From an uncultured bacterium (lineage in GTDB: Bacteria > Chloroflexota > Dormibacteria > Aeolococcales > Aeolococcaceae), in assembly GCA_963847225.1 (NCBI GenBank), contig CAWJYZ010000003.1:71365-135364 (forward strand): a DNA stretch of 64,000 bases, read 5' to 3'. This document shows, piece after piece, positions 8,689 to 16,746 of the stretch. Positions within the stretch are counted from its first letter, which is position 1; each line of letters starts with the position of its first letter. The notes below the pieces were generated by a model. It did no database searches and was not told the origin of the DNA. It worked only from the letters and a program-made list of their open reading frames with translations. Both the position numbers and the translations under genes were made by a program.

Positions 8689-9611
8689 CGCTGGTCGTCG
8701 TCTTCGGGACGGGGCGCTGCGGCTCCACCCCCATCGCGGAGGTGCTCTGCCGCCATCGTGATGTCGGCTTCGTCTCGAACGTCGATGACAAGCTGAGCCT
8801 GCTCAACCTGGTGGGCCGCTGGAACAACACGCTTCACCGGCTGTCGCCGCCGCGTGACCCCCGGCTGCGGCCCTTTCGTGACCGGCAGAAGATGATCGAG
8901 CTGGCCCGGCTGCGCATCGCCCCCTCCGAGGCGTGGAAGCTGCTCGACAGACAGGTTGCCCCCATCATGGCGCAGCCCTTCCGCGACCTGCTGGCCGATG
9001 ACTGCACTCCCTGGCTTCGCCAGCGACTGCGCAGCTTCTTCGAGCGCCGCATGGCCGCGCAGCGACGGCCTCTCTTCCTGCAGCACCTCACCGGCTGGCC
9101 GCGGGTGGGCTTGCTACGGGCCGCCTTCCCCGACGCGCGCTTCATCCACGTCATCCGCGACGGCCGAGCGGTCGCCAACTCCTGGCTGCAGATGGGCTGG
9201 TGGCGCGGCTACGAGGGCCCGACCTCCTGGCACCTGGGCCCGCTGGCCGCCGCCGAGGCGGAGGAGTGGGAGCGCTCCGCCCGTTCCTTCGTGGTGCTGG
9301 CCGGCCTGGGCTGGCGGATTCTCATCGACGCCTTCGAGGCGGCCCGAAGGGAGGTCCCGCCCGAGCAGTGGATGCAGCTGCGTTACGAGGATGTCGTGGC
9401 CGAGCCGCGCCGGCAGGTCGCCGCCACGCTCGAGTTCATGGGGCTGCAGTGGAGCGATGACTTCGGGCGCCAGTTCGCCCGCTACCGTTTCGAGGCTGGA
9501 CGGGTGCAAGGCTTCCGTCGCGACCTCGATCCTGCCAGCCTGGCTCAGCTGGAGGTCAGCATCGGGGACAGCCTCCGCGCCTACGGGTACGAGACCTCGG
9601 CCGAGTGCTGA
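8685..9611 (+). CDS. PAPS-dependent sulfotransferase (class A)
   Basis: The GTG start overlaps the upstream stop (GTGA, 8685-8688). 'VFGTGRCGSTPI', 'FIHVIRDGRAVANSWLQ', 'LTGWPRVG'. Confidence 0.85.
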   Translation: MTLVVVFGTGRCGSTPIAEVLCRHRDVGFVSNVDDKLSLLNLVGRWNNTLHRLSPPRDPRLRPFRDRQKMIELARLRIAPSEAWKLLDRQVAPIMAQPFRDLLADDCTPWLRQRLRSFFERRMAAQRRPLFLQHLTGWPRVGLLRAAFPDARFIHVIRDGRAVANSWLQMGWWRGYEGPTSWHLGPLAAAEAEEWERSARSFVVLAGLGWRILIDAFEAARREVPPEQWMQLRYEDVVAEPRRQVAATLEFMGLQWSDDFGRQFARYRFEAGRVQGFRRDLDPASLAQLEVSIGDSLRAYGYETSAEC

Positions 9612-9669
9612 TAACCCGCCCGCCGTCTCTGAGGCTCGTGCCTCCAGGCAATCCCGGTCGACCTCACCG

Positions 9670-10812
9670 TCAGCCGAACAGGGAACTGAGGTCCCCGTTC
9701 CCCGCACTTGCCGCCTGGCCGAGCAGGCCGAGGCGGAAGGCTTCCTCGATGCTCCGCAGGGTGCCGTAGTGATCTCCGGCCAGGCTGACGTTCCGCCGCC
9801 CATGGGCACGAGAGGAGATCACCACCATGGGGATGTGACCGCCTGAGCCCGCACCGCCGCAGCAGGAGCCTGCGTTGGCTGAGCCATCACCCTCGTCCAT
9901 GGTCACGATCACCGTGCTCGCGTAGTCGCGGAACCACGAGGAGGTGAGGATGCCCGGGAGGTTGGCCTGGAGCCAGTTGTCGCCCTGGGTCACGGTGCCG
10001 TTATGCATGTCGTCCTGGAGGTTCGGCGTGATCCACACGAAGTCGGGTGCGTTGGCACCGTCGAGCACGCTCACCGCCGCCGATGCGCCGGGGTAGGGCT
10101 GGATGTGGCAGGCGCCCGAGTAGTTGTCACGGAAGAAGCCGAAGGGATTGTGCTTCAGCGCATAGTTGCCCGACGCGCCACCCGTGTAGCAGGCGGATGG
10201 CATCGATTCTTGCCAGTCCACCCAGGGGATGTCTGCCGCCGTCAACTGGCCGCCGAGGTCGGTGGCGCTGAGACTGTCGGCCGCACAGGAGCTGTCGGAC
10301 GTGCAGCCCTGGATCCCGCCGGAGCCGATGGCCACATAGTTCGGCTCCGAGGGATGGGTGACCCCGTACCAGCCCGTGGCGCTGGCATAGCCCGAGGCCA
10401 GCGAGCAGAGGTAGGGGTCCTGGGAGCATTTGCCCAGCGTCCCCGAGTAGCCGTGGTTCTCCTCCATGACCACGAGAATGTGGGGCCGCCCCCCGCGGGC
10501 TGGTGCCCGGGTGGACGGCGGATGGGTGGGGCTGGAGGTGTGGGCGGCGGGTGCAGCACTCTTGCTGTGTGCCGGCGATGGGGTCGGGGAGGGGCTTCCC
10601 ATGGTCGAGGGCGTGATCGGGAGGGGGAGGCTGATGTCGGGCGTTGGCGTGGAAGTGGCGGTCCGGTGTGAGGTTGGCGTGTTGCCACAGGCGCTGAGAA
10701 GAATGGTGGCCAGGGCCGTCACCAGCGTCCCCCAGCGCGAGATCCGCAACGCGCCGGTAGATGCGGACTTCAAGCCCCAGACCTCGCCTTCCCCGTCGAG
10801 CATTGTCATCAC
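9670..10812 (-). CDS. Secreted lipoprotein, phosphoesterase family (PF04185-like, alkaline-phosphatase superfamily)
   Basis: Lipobox 'ILLSAC' and a P/T/S linker. 'HILVVMEENHGYSG', 'THPSEPNYVAIGSG', 'ALKHNPF', 'ITPNLQDDMHNG'. Confidence 0.8.
   Translation of the reverse strand: MMTMLDGEGEVWGLKSASTGALRISRWGTLVTALATILLSACGNTPTSHRTATSTPTPDISLPLPITPSTMGSPSPTPSPAHSKSAAPAAHTSSPTHPPSTRAPARGGRPHILVVMEENHGYSGTLGKCSQDPYLCSLASGYASATGWYGVTHPSEPNYVAIGSGGIQGCTSDSSCAADSLSATDLGGQLTAADIPWVDWQESMPSACYTGGASGNYALKHNPFGFFRDNYSGACHIQPYPGASAAVSVLDGANAPDFVWITPNLQDDMHNGTVTQGDNWLQANLPGILTSSWFRDYASTVIVTMDEGDGSANAGSCCGGAGSGGHIPMVVISSRAHGRRNVSLAGDHYGTLRSIEEAFRLGLLGQAASAGNGDLSSLFG
9673..10482. repeat. Arm 1 of an inverted ~0.8-kb duplication (phosphoesterase catalytic region)
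   Basis: The reverse complement shares long identical runs with 12415..13218, e.g. 'ctcgtggtcatggaggagaaccacggctactcggg' and 'tacctctgctcgctggcctcgggctatgccagc'. Even the out-of-frame ORF translations match. Confidence 0.7.
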
Positions 10813-10971
10813 TCGGTCTCCCCGACCGGCTCGTCAGCAGCAACGCCATCCCCCCTTAGAGAGAGGGGCAGGGGCGGCAGGTCGCCGAGGGTAGCCCCAC
10901 CGGGGCCCCGAGCGCAAGCCCATGGACCTCGGGGGGCCATTCAGTCGAGCTGGACCCCGCCCGACATCGCG

Positions 10972-11895
10972 TCAGACGTACCGCCACCGTTTGAGCAGCG
11001 GCCAGCTGAGCGCGGTCACAGCCCAGCGGCTCGGGGCGGGCAGCCGTGTCCGCCAGGCGTCGTCCTCGCGTAGCGGGACCACCCCCTGCTCGAACCGAGA
11101 ATCGTTGCCCACCGCGGTGTGGTCCTCAGGGAAGTGAACCGCCCCCTCTTTGATGAAGTCGAGATCACGCTGCTGCACAGGCTGGCCGGTGAACCGCGCG
11201 ATCTGGGGCAACGTCTCTCGCGGTGACCTGACCACGTCCTCATAACGGACCAGGAGGCGCGGCGTGCCGGTCTGGGCGATGAGGTCGAAGATGGTGTGGT
11301 AGACCATCCAGCGCAGGGTGATCACCGCCGGAGCGTAGCGATGCTTGTGCACCGGGCGATCCACGCTGTCGCGCATGGTCTGACGCTTGGTGGCCGAGTA
11401 CGCCGTGCCACGGCTGTCCCGGATGAGATGCAGGATGCGCAGGTCGATGCCGGGAATCCCCCGAAGCACCAACGCATAGGCCGGCGCCTTGGTGGAGTCG
11501 ATGACCGTCGCGGCGCCGCTGACCGTCCCCACCCCCTGGTACAAGCGGTCCAGAAGCTCCCGATAGCGCTGCACCCGGCGGCAGAAGCCGGGGAAGAGGC
11601 GGGGAAAGGCGAGCTGCACCAGGTGGCGCTGCCGAGTCACCAGGGGATGCAGAGCCATCAACTCGCCCACCTCCGGAGCATCCCAGCTACCGAAGGTCGC
11701 CTCTCCCACGGCCCGCCAGAAGGGGCAGTCAAGGAAGCGCCGCCCGCAGCCGCAGAGGCGGTTCTCCGCGAGGCTGTGGGTGGTGATGAGGCCGAATTCG
11801 CCGGTGGAGACGAATCCCGGCAGCTGTCCGAGCATGCGGTCGACGAGGGTGCTGCCGCTCCGCGTGCAGCCCCCGATGTAGAGGACTCTCACCAT
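10972..11895 (-). CDS. PAPS-dependent sulfotransferase (class B, Cys-motif type)
   Basis: ATG 11895 with GGAGAGG 6 nt upstream. 'VLYIGGCTRSGSTLV' (PSB loop), 'LCGCGRRFLDCPFW', 'ILHLIRDSRGTAYS'. The ORF opens at 12015. Confidence 0.8.
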   Translation of the reverse strand: MVRVLYIGGCTRSGSTLVDRMLGQLPGFVSTGEFGLITTHSLAENRLCGCGRRFLDCPFWRAVGEATFGSWDAPEVGELMALHPLVTRQRHLVQLAFPRLFPGFCRRVQRYRELLDRLYQGVGTVSGAATVIDSTKAPAYALVLRGIPGIDLRILHLIRDSRGTAYSATKRQTMRDSVDRPVHKHRYAPAVITLRWMVYHTIFDLIAQTGTPRLLVRYEDVVRSPRETLPQIARFTGQPVQQRDLDFIKEGAVHFPEDHTAVGNDSRFEQGVVPLREDDAWRTRLPAPSRWAVTALSWPLLKRWRYV

Positions 11896-12294
11896 GACCC
11901 GCCTCTCCGTGCTCGCCGCTCTCTCCATCCCGGCTGACCGGCTTCCCGCCAGCATATGGGGCGGTGCGCATCGCCCAATGTAGCGCATCCGGTGGCCCGC
12001 ATCAATGCGGGCCATGCTTTGCTCGGCCAGGCCGTGGCCCGCAGATCGCCTCTGTCAGAAAGGCAACGCGTCTGCAACGAAGGCGACGGCCCCGCTACCG
12101 ACGGTGATGGATCGGTTGCAGCGTCGCACATCGCGATGCCGGAGTGTGGCGATTGTAACGGGGATGTAGCGCAGGATCGGGGGTTCCGCGACAGCTGCAC
12201 TCGCCGAGCCTAGAGTTCGCGCGTCGCAACCGGCGCGCCAGGCCGAGCGGGCGCCAGGTGGTGGGAAGGCTCCAGGAATCGGAGGAGCTCACGG

Positions 12295-14454
12295 ATGACA
12301 AGACGTGTCTTTGCTGTGCTCTGCGCGGTCGTGGCGGCGTCGCTGGGTGCTGCCGCCCTCAGGCAAATCCTGACCGGCTCGACCCTGAACCTTGCCGCCG
12401 CCTCCGGCCCGGCGCACATCCTCGTGGTCATGGAGGAGAACCACGGCTACTCGGGCACGCTGGGGGACTGCGCAGCCGATCCGTACCTCTGCTCGCTGGC
12501 CTCGGGCTATGCCAGCGCCACGGGCTGGTACGGGGTCACCCATCCCTCGGAGCCGAACTATGTGGCCATCGGCTCGGGCGGGATCCAGGGCTGCACCACC
12601 GACACCTCCTGCGCCGCCGACTCGCTGCCGGCGACGGACCTCGGCGGACAGCTCACGGCGGCGGGCATCCCGTGGGTCGGCTGGATGGAGTCGATGCCGT
12701 CCGCCTGCTACACCGGCAGCGGCTACAACAGCGAGTACGCGCTAAAGCACAACCCCTTCGCCTTCTTCAAGGACAACTACGTCGGCGCCTGCCACATTCA
12801 GCCGTACCCGGGCGCAACGGCGGCGGTGTCGGCCCTCGACGGCTCCAATGCTCCCGATTTCGTGTGGATCACGCCCAACCTCCAGGACGACATGCACAAC
12901 GGGACGGTCCAGCAGGGCGACGCGTGGCTCAAGGCCAACCTCCCGGGCATCCTCACCTCCTCGTGGTTCCGCGACTACCCGAGCACGGTGATCGTCACCA
13001 TGGATGAGGGCGACAGCAACCCCAACGGGTCGCTGAGCACGGAGCAGGGCGGCCACATCCCGACGGTGGCGATCTCGCTCAACGCCCAGGGCAAGGGACC
13101 TGTGAATCTCAGCGGAGACCACTACGGCACCCTGCGGAGCATCGAGGAGGCGTACCGGTTGACCCCGCTCGGGAGCGCAGCGGATGCTGCCAATGGCGAC
13201 CTCTCGGGGCTCTTCGGCGGCGCAGCTGCCCCGAGCTCTTCGTCGACGGGGACGCCGACACCATCGCCTTCTCATTCCCCTTCATCATCGCCTTCCGCCA
13301 CTGGGTCGCCTACCGCGGTTCCGTCGCCCTCGAGTACGCCCACCCCTCCCGGGCCTCCACGAGGCGGCGCCGGCCGCAATCCCCTGGATCAGCCATTCGC
13401 CTCGAACTCGATCTGGAACATGCCCATCGGAACGGCGGCAACATACTCGTCGGCGGGGTTGGTGAAGCCGGTGAGGGGCCTGGCCTCGGACAACTCGGCT
13501 GTCTTCATGGATCCCGCCGCCACGATGACCTCCATCGAACAGGGTCCACAGGGACAGAGGGGCAACCGCTGCCAGGTCGGGGGCAGCGTCCTGGTCGACG
13601 CTCCGCTGCCACCCGTCGCCATTCTCAACAACACCGACAACGAGGCCGCCGGCATCGTCGCCGCCAACGGCTCCACGCTGGTCCAAGCCAATCACTTCGC
13701 CCGCTGCACGCCTGGCCAGCCGGCGACGGCGGCGAGTGTCAACGCCACCCAGAGCCTCTACGGCGATGGGAGGTTGGGCAACACGGGGGGCTCCGGCCTC
13801 GACACGATCGGCGGGGTCACGCGGGTCGGCGACCTGGCTCCCGGCACCGTGACGCGCCACGCGCTCAGCGTCAACGTCTACGGGGCGCAGGACCTCTACA
13901 AGGCGAGCGCCAGCCTGTGCTACACGTGGCCGGCGACCCGCTGCGATGCCTACGGGCCGTCGCGATACGGAGGCACAAATCCGGCCCTCCGCATGGGCAG
14001 TCTCCTCGCCATCCCCGTCTCGCAGCTCGCCAACCTGCCGCTGACCACCACAGCGGGGCGGCAGCTCGCCTGGACCCTGGCCTATTACGGTGCCTACGTG
14101 GTCAACGACTCGGCGAGAAGCGTGTTCGCGGTCCGTACCGAGCAGGGGGACGCCGACTTTCTGGCGTCCTTCCAGCAGGAGTGGGGGTTCTCGTTCGCGA
14201 CCGTGGGAACCGGGGTCACCGGTACGGTCTCGAGTGCCTGGGCCTCGGACCTGCAGACGATCATCAGCAGGCTGGCGGTCGTGACCGACAACGGTCCCTC
14301 GGCGGTGGGAGGTGGGGGATCACCTCTGCAGCCCCTGGCCGCGCCCCTTGCCGGCCAGACGTCGTCCTCCGCTCCCCTCGCGCCCACGGCGACGCCAGCC
14401 CCGCAACACGCCGACCGTGACGGTGACCGGTCCCGGCGGAGGGATGACGACTGA
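12295..14454 (+). CDS. Secreted fusion protein: phosphoesterase-family domain + S/P/T linker + domain X
   Basis: RBS GGAGGAG and signal 'VFAVLCAVVAASLGAAAL'. The N-terminal half is near-identical to 9670..10812. The C-terminal half (from about 13378) is homologous to 4891..6204. Confidence 0.85.
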   Translation: MTRRVFAVLCAVVAASLGAAALRQILTGSTLNLAAASGPAHILVVMEENHGYSGTLGDCAADPYLCSLASGYASATGWYGVTHPSEPNYVAIGSGGIQGCTTDTSCAADSLPATDLGGQLTAAGIPWVGWMESMPSACYTGSGYNSEYALKHNPFAFFKDNYVGACHIQPYPGATAAVSALDGSNAPDFVWITPNLQDDMHNGTVQQGDAWLKANLPGILTSSWFRDYPSTVIVTMDEGDSNPNGSLSTEQGGHIPTVAISLNAQGKGPVNLSGDHYGTLRSIEEAYRLTPLGSAADAANGDLSGLFGGAAAPSSSSTGTPTPSPSHSPSSSPSATGSPTAVPSPSSTPTPPGPPRGGAGRNPLDQPFASNSIWNMPIGTAATYSSAGLVKPVRGLASDNSAVFMDPAATMTSIEQGPQGQRGNRCQVGGSVLVDAPLPPVAILNNTDNEAAGIVAANGSTLVQANHFARCTPGQPATAASVNATQSLYGDGRLGNTGGSGLDTIGGVTRVGDLAPGTVTRHALSVNVYGAQDLYKASASLCYTWPATRCDAYGPSRYGGTNPALRMGSLLAIPVSQLANLPLTTTAGRQLAWTLAYYGAYVVNDSARSVFAVRTEQGDADFLASFQQEWGFSFATVGTGVTGTVSSAWASDLQTIISRLAVVTDNGPSAVGGGGSPLQPLAAPLAGQTSSSAPLAPTATPAPQHADRDGDRSRRRDDD
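12415..13218. repeat. Arm 2 of the inverted ~0.8-kb duplication
   Basis: See 9673..10482. Confidence 0.7.
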
Positions 14455-14502
14455 GTTAGTCGCCTCATCTCTCGGCGGCGAGGTCCGGGAATCAGACCCG
14501 GC

Positions 14503-15712
14503 CGCTAGGCGAACCAGCCGGCGACATCGAGGATGAAGTCGATGGTGCCGCTGGCGTTGAAGACGGCGACGCCGGTGGAGGAGACCCTGACGTAGACCAT
14601 GTTGGTGGTCACCTTGTTGTGCAGGGGGTTGATGTCGGAGGTCCCCGGACGGGAGCTGCCGGCGGAATAGACGGTGACGTAGGTGCTGGAAAGGTAGGGG
14701 AGGACGGTGGCATTGCCGAGCAGGACGAAGCCGCTGGTGCTGGGCAGGCTGCCCTCACCGGCCGCCTGGACGGTGAGGATGCTCCCGCTGCCGATCGACT
14801 GGCCCTGGCAGGGGAGGCCGGAGCCGGCCCGGGTGTCGCAGATCCGGAAGGGCGCCAGGGGATGGAAGAAGAGCCCGGAGGAGGCCAGCGAGTCCGAGCT
14901 GCCCCCGAACCAGCCGTTGACGTCGATGAGGAAGTTGATCTGCCCGGCGGCGTTGTAGATGCACACGTCACCGCTGCTGGGATCGATGGGCACCACCACC
15001 CGGTTGGCCTGGACGGTATGGGCGGCGAGATTGAGGTTGGAGGCGGTGGGGGGAGTGCCGCAGGCATGGGTGGTGGGATCGGGGGGGTAGGCGGTGAGGT
15101 AGGTTCCCGCCGTGCCGTCGATCCCCACCAGGTTGAGCACCACCGCGGCGGCGCTGCCCGAGGGGATGCCGGCCGGGGTGGCGATGCTGACGGCGCGGGC
15201 CGCCTGGGCGCCGAGCGGGTTGCTGGTGCCCGAGTTGCAGAGGGTGCCCTGTCCACTCCGGGTGTCACAGACGCGGATCGCCGGAGCCACCGAGTGGAAG
15301 CGGCCGGTGGTGCCGCTGCTCTGGGTGAAGTAGCCCTCCACGTCGACGACCACGTTGATGCTGCCCACGGGGTTGTAGACGGCGATGCCGCCGCCCGTGC
15401 CCAGCTTGACGGTGACCAGGGCGGCGATGATGCTGTGCGCCGCGGGGTTGAGGTTGGAGGCCAGCGGGCGAGCCGAACCGGCCGGGAAGACGGTGAGATA
15501 GGTGGAGCTGGTCGGATCGACGGCGGTGACATTGAGGGTGACGGCGGCGGCCGTCGCCGGGACCACGGACCCGGTGTAGCCGGTCGGCTTGTAGCCGCCC
15601 ACCGTGAAGGTGCGGGTCTCGCCAGGGCCGAGGGCACCCGTGCCGCACTGCATGCAGGACGGGGACCGGGTGTCCACCGCCCGGTACGGCGGGAGCGGCG
15701 TGTAGGTCGTCG
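14503..15712. repeat. Copy 1 of a 1,210-bp near-identical direct repeat
   Basis: Aligns base-for-base with 16747..17956 (offset 2,244 bp). I found only two mismatches: 15278 T vs 17522 C, and 15696 C vs 17940 T. Confidence 0.9.
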
Positions 15713-16595
15713 CGGGGACGCTGGTCGCGGCATAGGTGTAGGTCGTGGTGGCGGTGACGGGGCCGCCCGAGAGGACCTTGTTGGCGGTGATGGTGTCGGT
15801 GCCGCTGGACGCCAACGACGCTGTATAGGTGATCGAGACCAGGCCGCTGCTGTTGGCGCCGAGGTCGGTTGGGGTGGCGCCCAGCGTTCGGGTGTGCCCG
15901 CTGCCGTCGATGGCCGTCGCCCCGCCGCTGGAAGAGGCGGTGCTGGTCAAGGCGAGGCTGAAGTCGGCGTCGGGCACCGCGGCGCCTGCGGATGTCTCGG
16001 CCTCCACGGTCAGGGAGACATGGGTCCCCGGCGCCAGGCTGCCGGTCGGAGCGATGGGGGTGGCGCTGAAGACGAATTTGGCGAGCGGGTTGAAGTTGTA
16101 CGCGACGCTATCGGTCACCGTTGGGGTCATCGGGTTGGTGGCCGTGATCACGTCCTGACCCGCCTGCTGAGGGCTCGGGTACGAGGTCGGGGCGGTGTAG
16201 GTGATGGCCAAGGCGTCGCTCAGGCTCGTGCCCCCGGTCGTCGTGCAGGTTCCCGCACCCGTCGGGGTGGTGAACGGAGTCGGGCTGGAGGTCAGCGCGG
16301 TGGTACCGACGGACGCGGACTCTCCGGTCGCCGACTCCCCCTTGGGAACGTCGGCGGTCGAGAAGCTGAGAGCGACGCTCGCGTCCGGCACGACCACCCC
16401 GTTCTGCTCGGCACGGACGCACACGGTGACCGCCGCCCCGGGCGCCAGGGAGGCGTTGGCCGCTATCGGGAAGGGGGAGAACACCACCTCGTTGTAGGCA
16501 GTGCTCTGCGCCGCCACCCGTCCGGCGGCTCCCAGCCCCATCGCGGTGATGGTGGCGACGACCGCGACAGCACCGAATAGCTTGCGACGAACCAT
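14505..16595 (-). CDS. Secreted surface/adhesin-like protein: two Ig-like (Big-type) domains + three-fold C-terminal repeat module
   Basis: ATG 16595 with GAGGTGG upstream and signal 'LFGAVAVVATITAMGLGAAGRVAAQ'. Two similar ~130-aa T/S/A-rich beta-type segments. The C-terminal ~400 aa are identical to the C-terminus of 16749..19481. Confidence 0.75.
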   Translation of the reverse strand: MVRRKLFGAVAVVATITAMGLGAAGRVAAQSTAYNEVVFSPFPIAANASLAPGAAVTVCVRAEQNGVVVPDASVALSFSTADVPKGESATGESASVGTTALTSSPTPFTTPTGAGTCTTTGGTSLSDALAITYTAPTSYPSPQQAGQDVITATNPMTPTVTDSVAYNFNPLAKFVFSATPIAPTGSLAPGTHVSLTVEAETSAGAAVPDADFSLALTSTASSSGGATAIDGSGHTRTLGATPTDLGANSSGLVSITYTASLASSGTDTITANKVLSGGPVTATTTYTYAATSVPATTYTPLPPYRAVDTRSPSCMQCGTGALGPGETRTFTVGGYKPTGYTGSVVPATAAAVTLNVTAVDPTSSTYLTVFPAGSARPLASNLNPAAHSIIAALVTVKLGTGGGIAVYNPVGSINVVVDVEGYFTQSSGTTGRFHSVAPAIRVCDTRSGQGTLCNSGTSNPLGAQAARAVSIATPAGIPSGSAAAVVLNLVGIDGTAGTYLTAYPPDPTTHACGTPPTASNLNLAAHTVQANRVVVPIDPSSGDVCIYNAAGQINFLIDVNGWFGGSSDSLASSGLFFHPLAPFRICDTRAGSGLPCQGQSIGSGSILTVQAAGEGSLPSTSGFVLLGNATVLPYLSSTYVTVYSAGSSRPGTSDINPLHNKVTTNMVYVRVSSTGVAVFNASGTIDFILDVAGWFA

Positions 16596-16746
16596 GACCA
16601 CGCCACCTCATGCAGCCACCGACCGGGGATGGCACCCCCTCACTACCCCCACAGCTTACCGAATGCCCCGTTCGCCTCGCCCCCCCAATATGGGGTGAGG
16701 CGCTCGCCATGGCAGTCCGGAGGCGCGAGGCCTGACGCCGCTCTCA

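Noticed and set aside
9670-14454. The phosphoesterase-family proteins as sulfatases, which is tempting in a sulfation locus because they belong to the alkaline-phosphatase superfamily
   Set aside because: No C/S-x-P-x-R formylglycine motif is present. The conserved 'HPSEPNY' and 'EENH' blocks are those of the PF04185 phosphoesterase family. This is kept only as a remote possibility.
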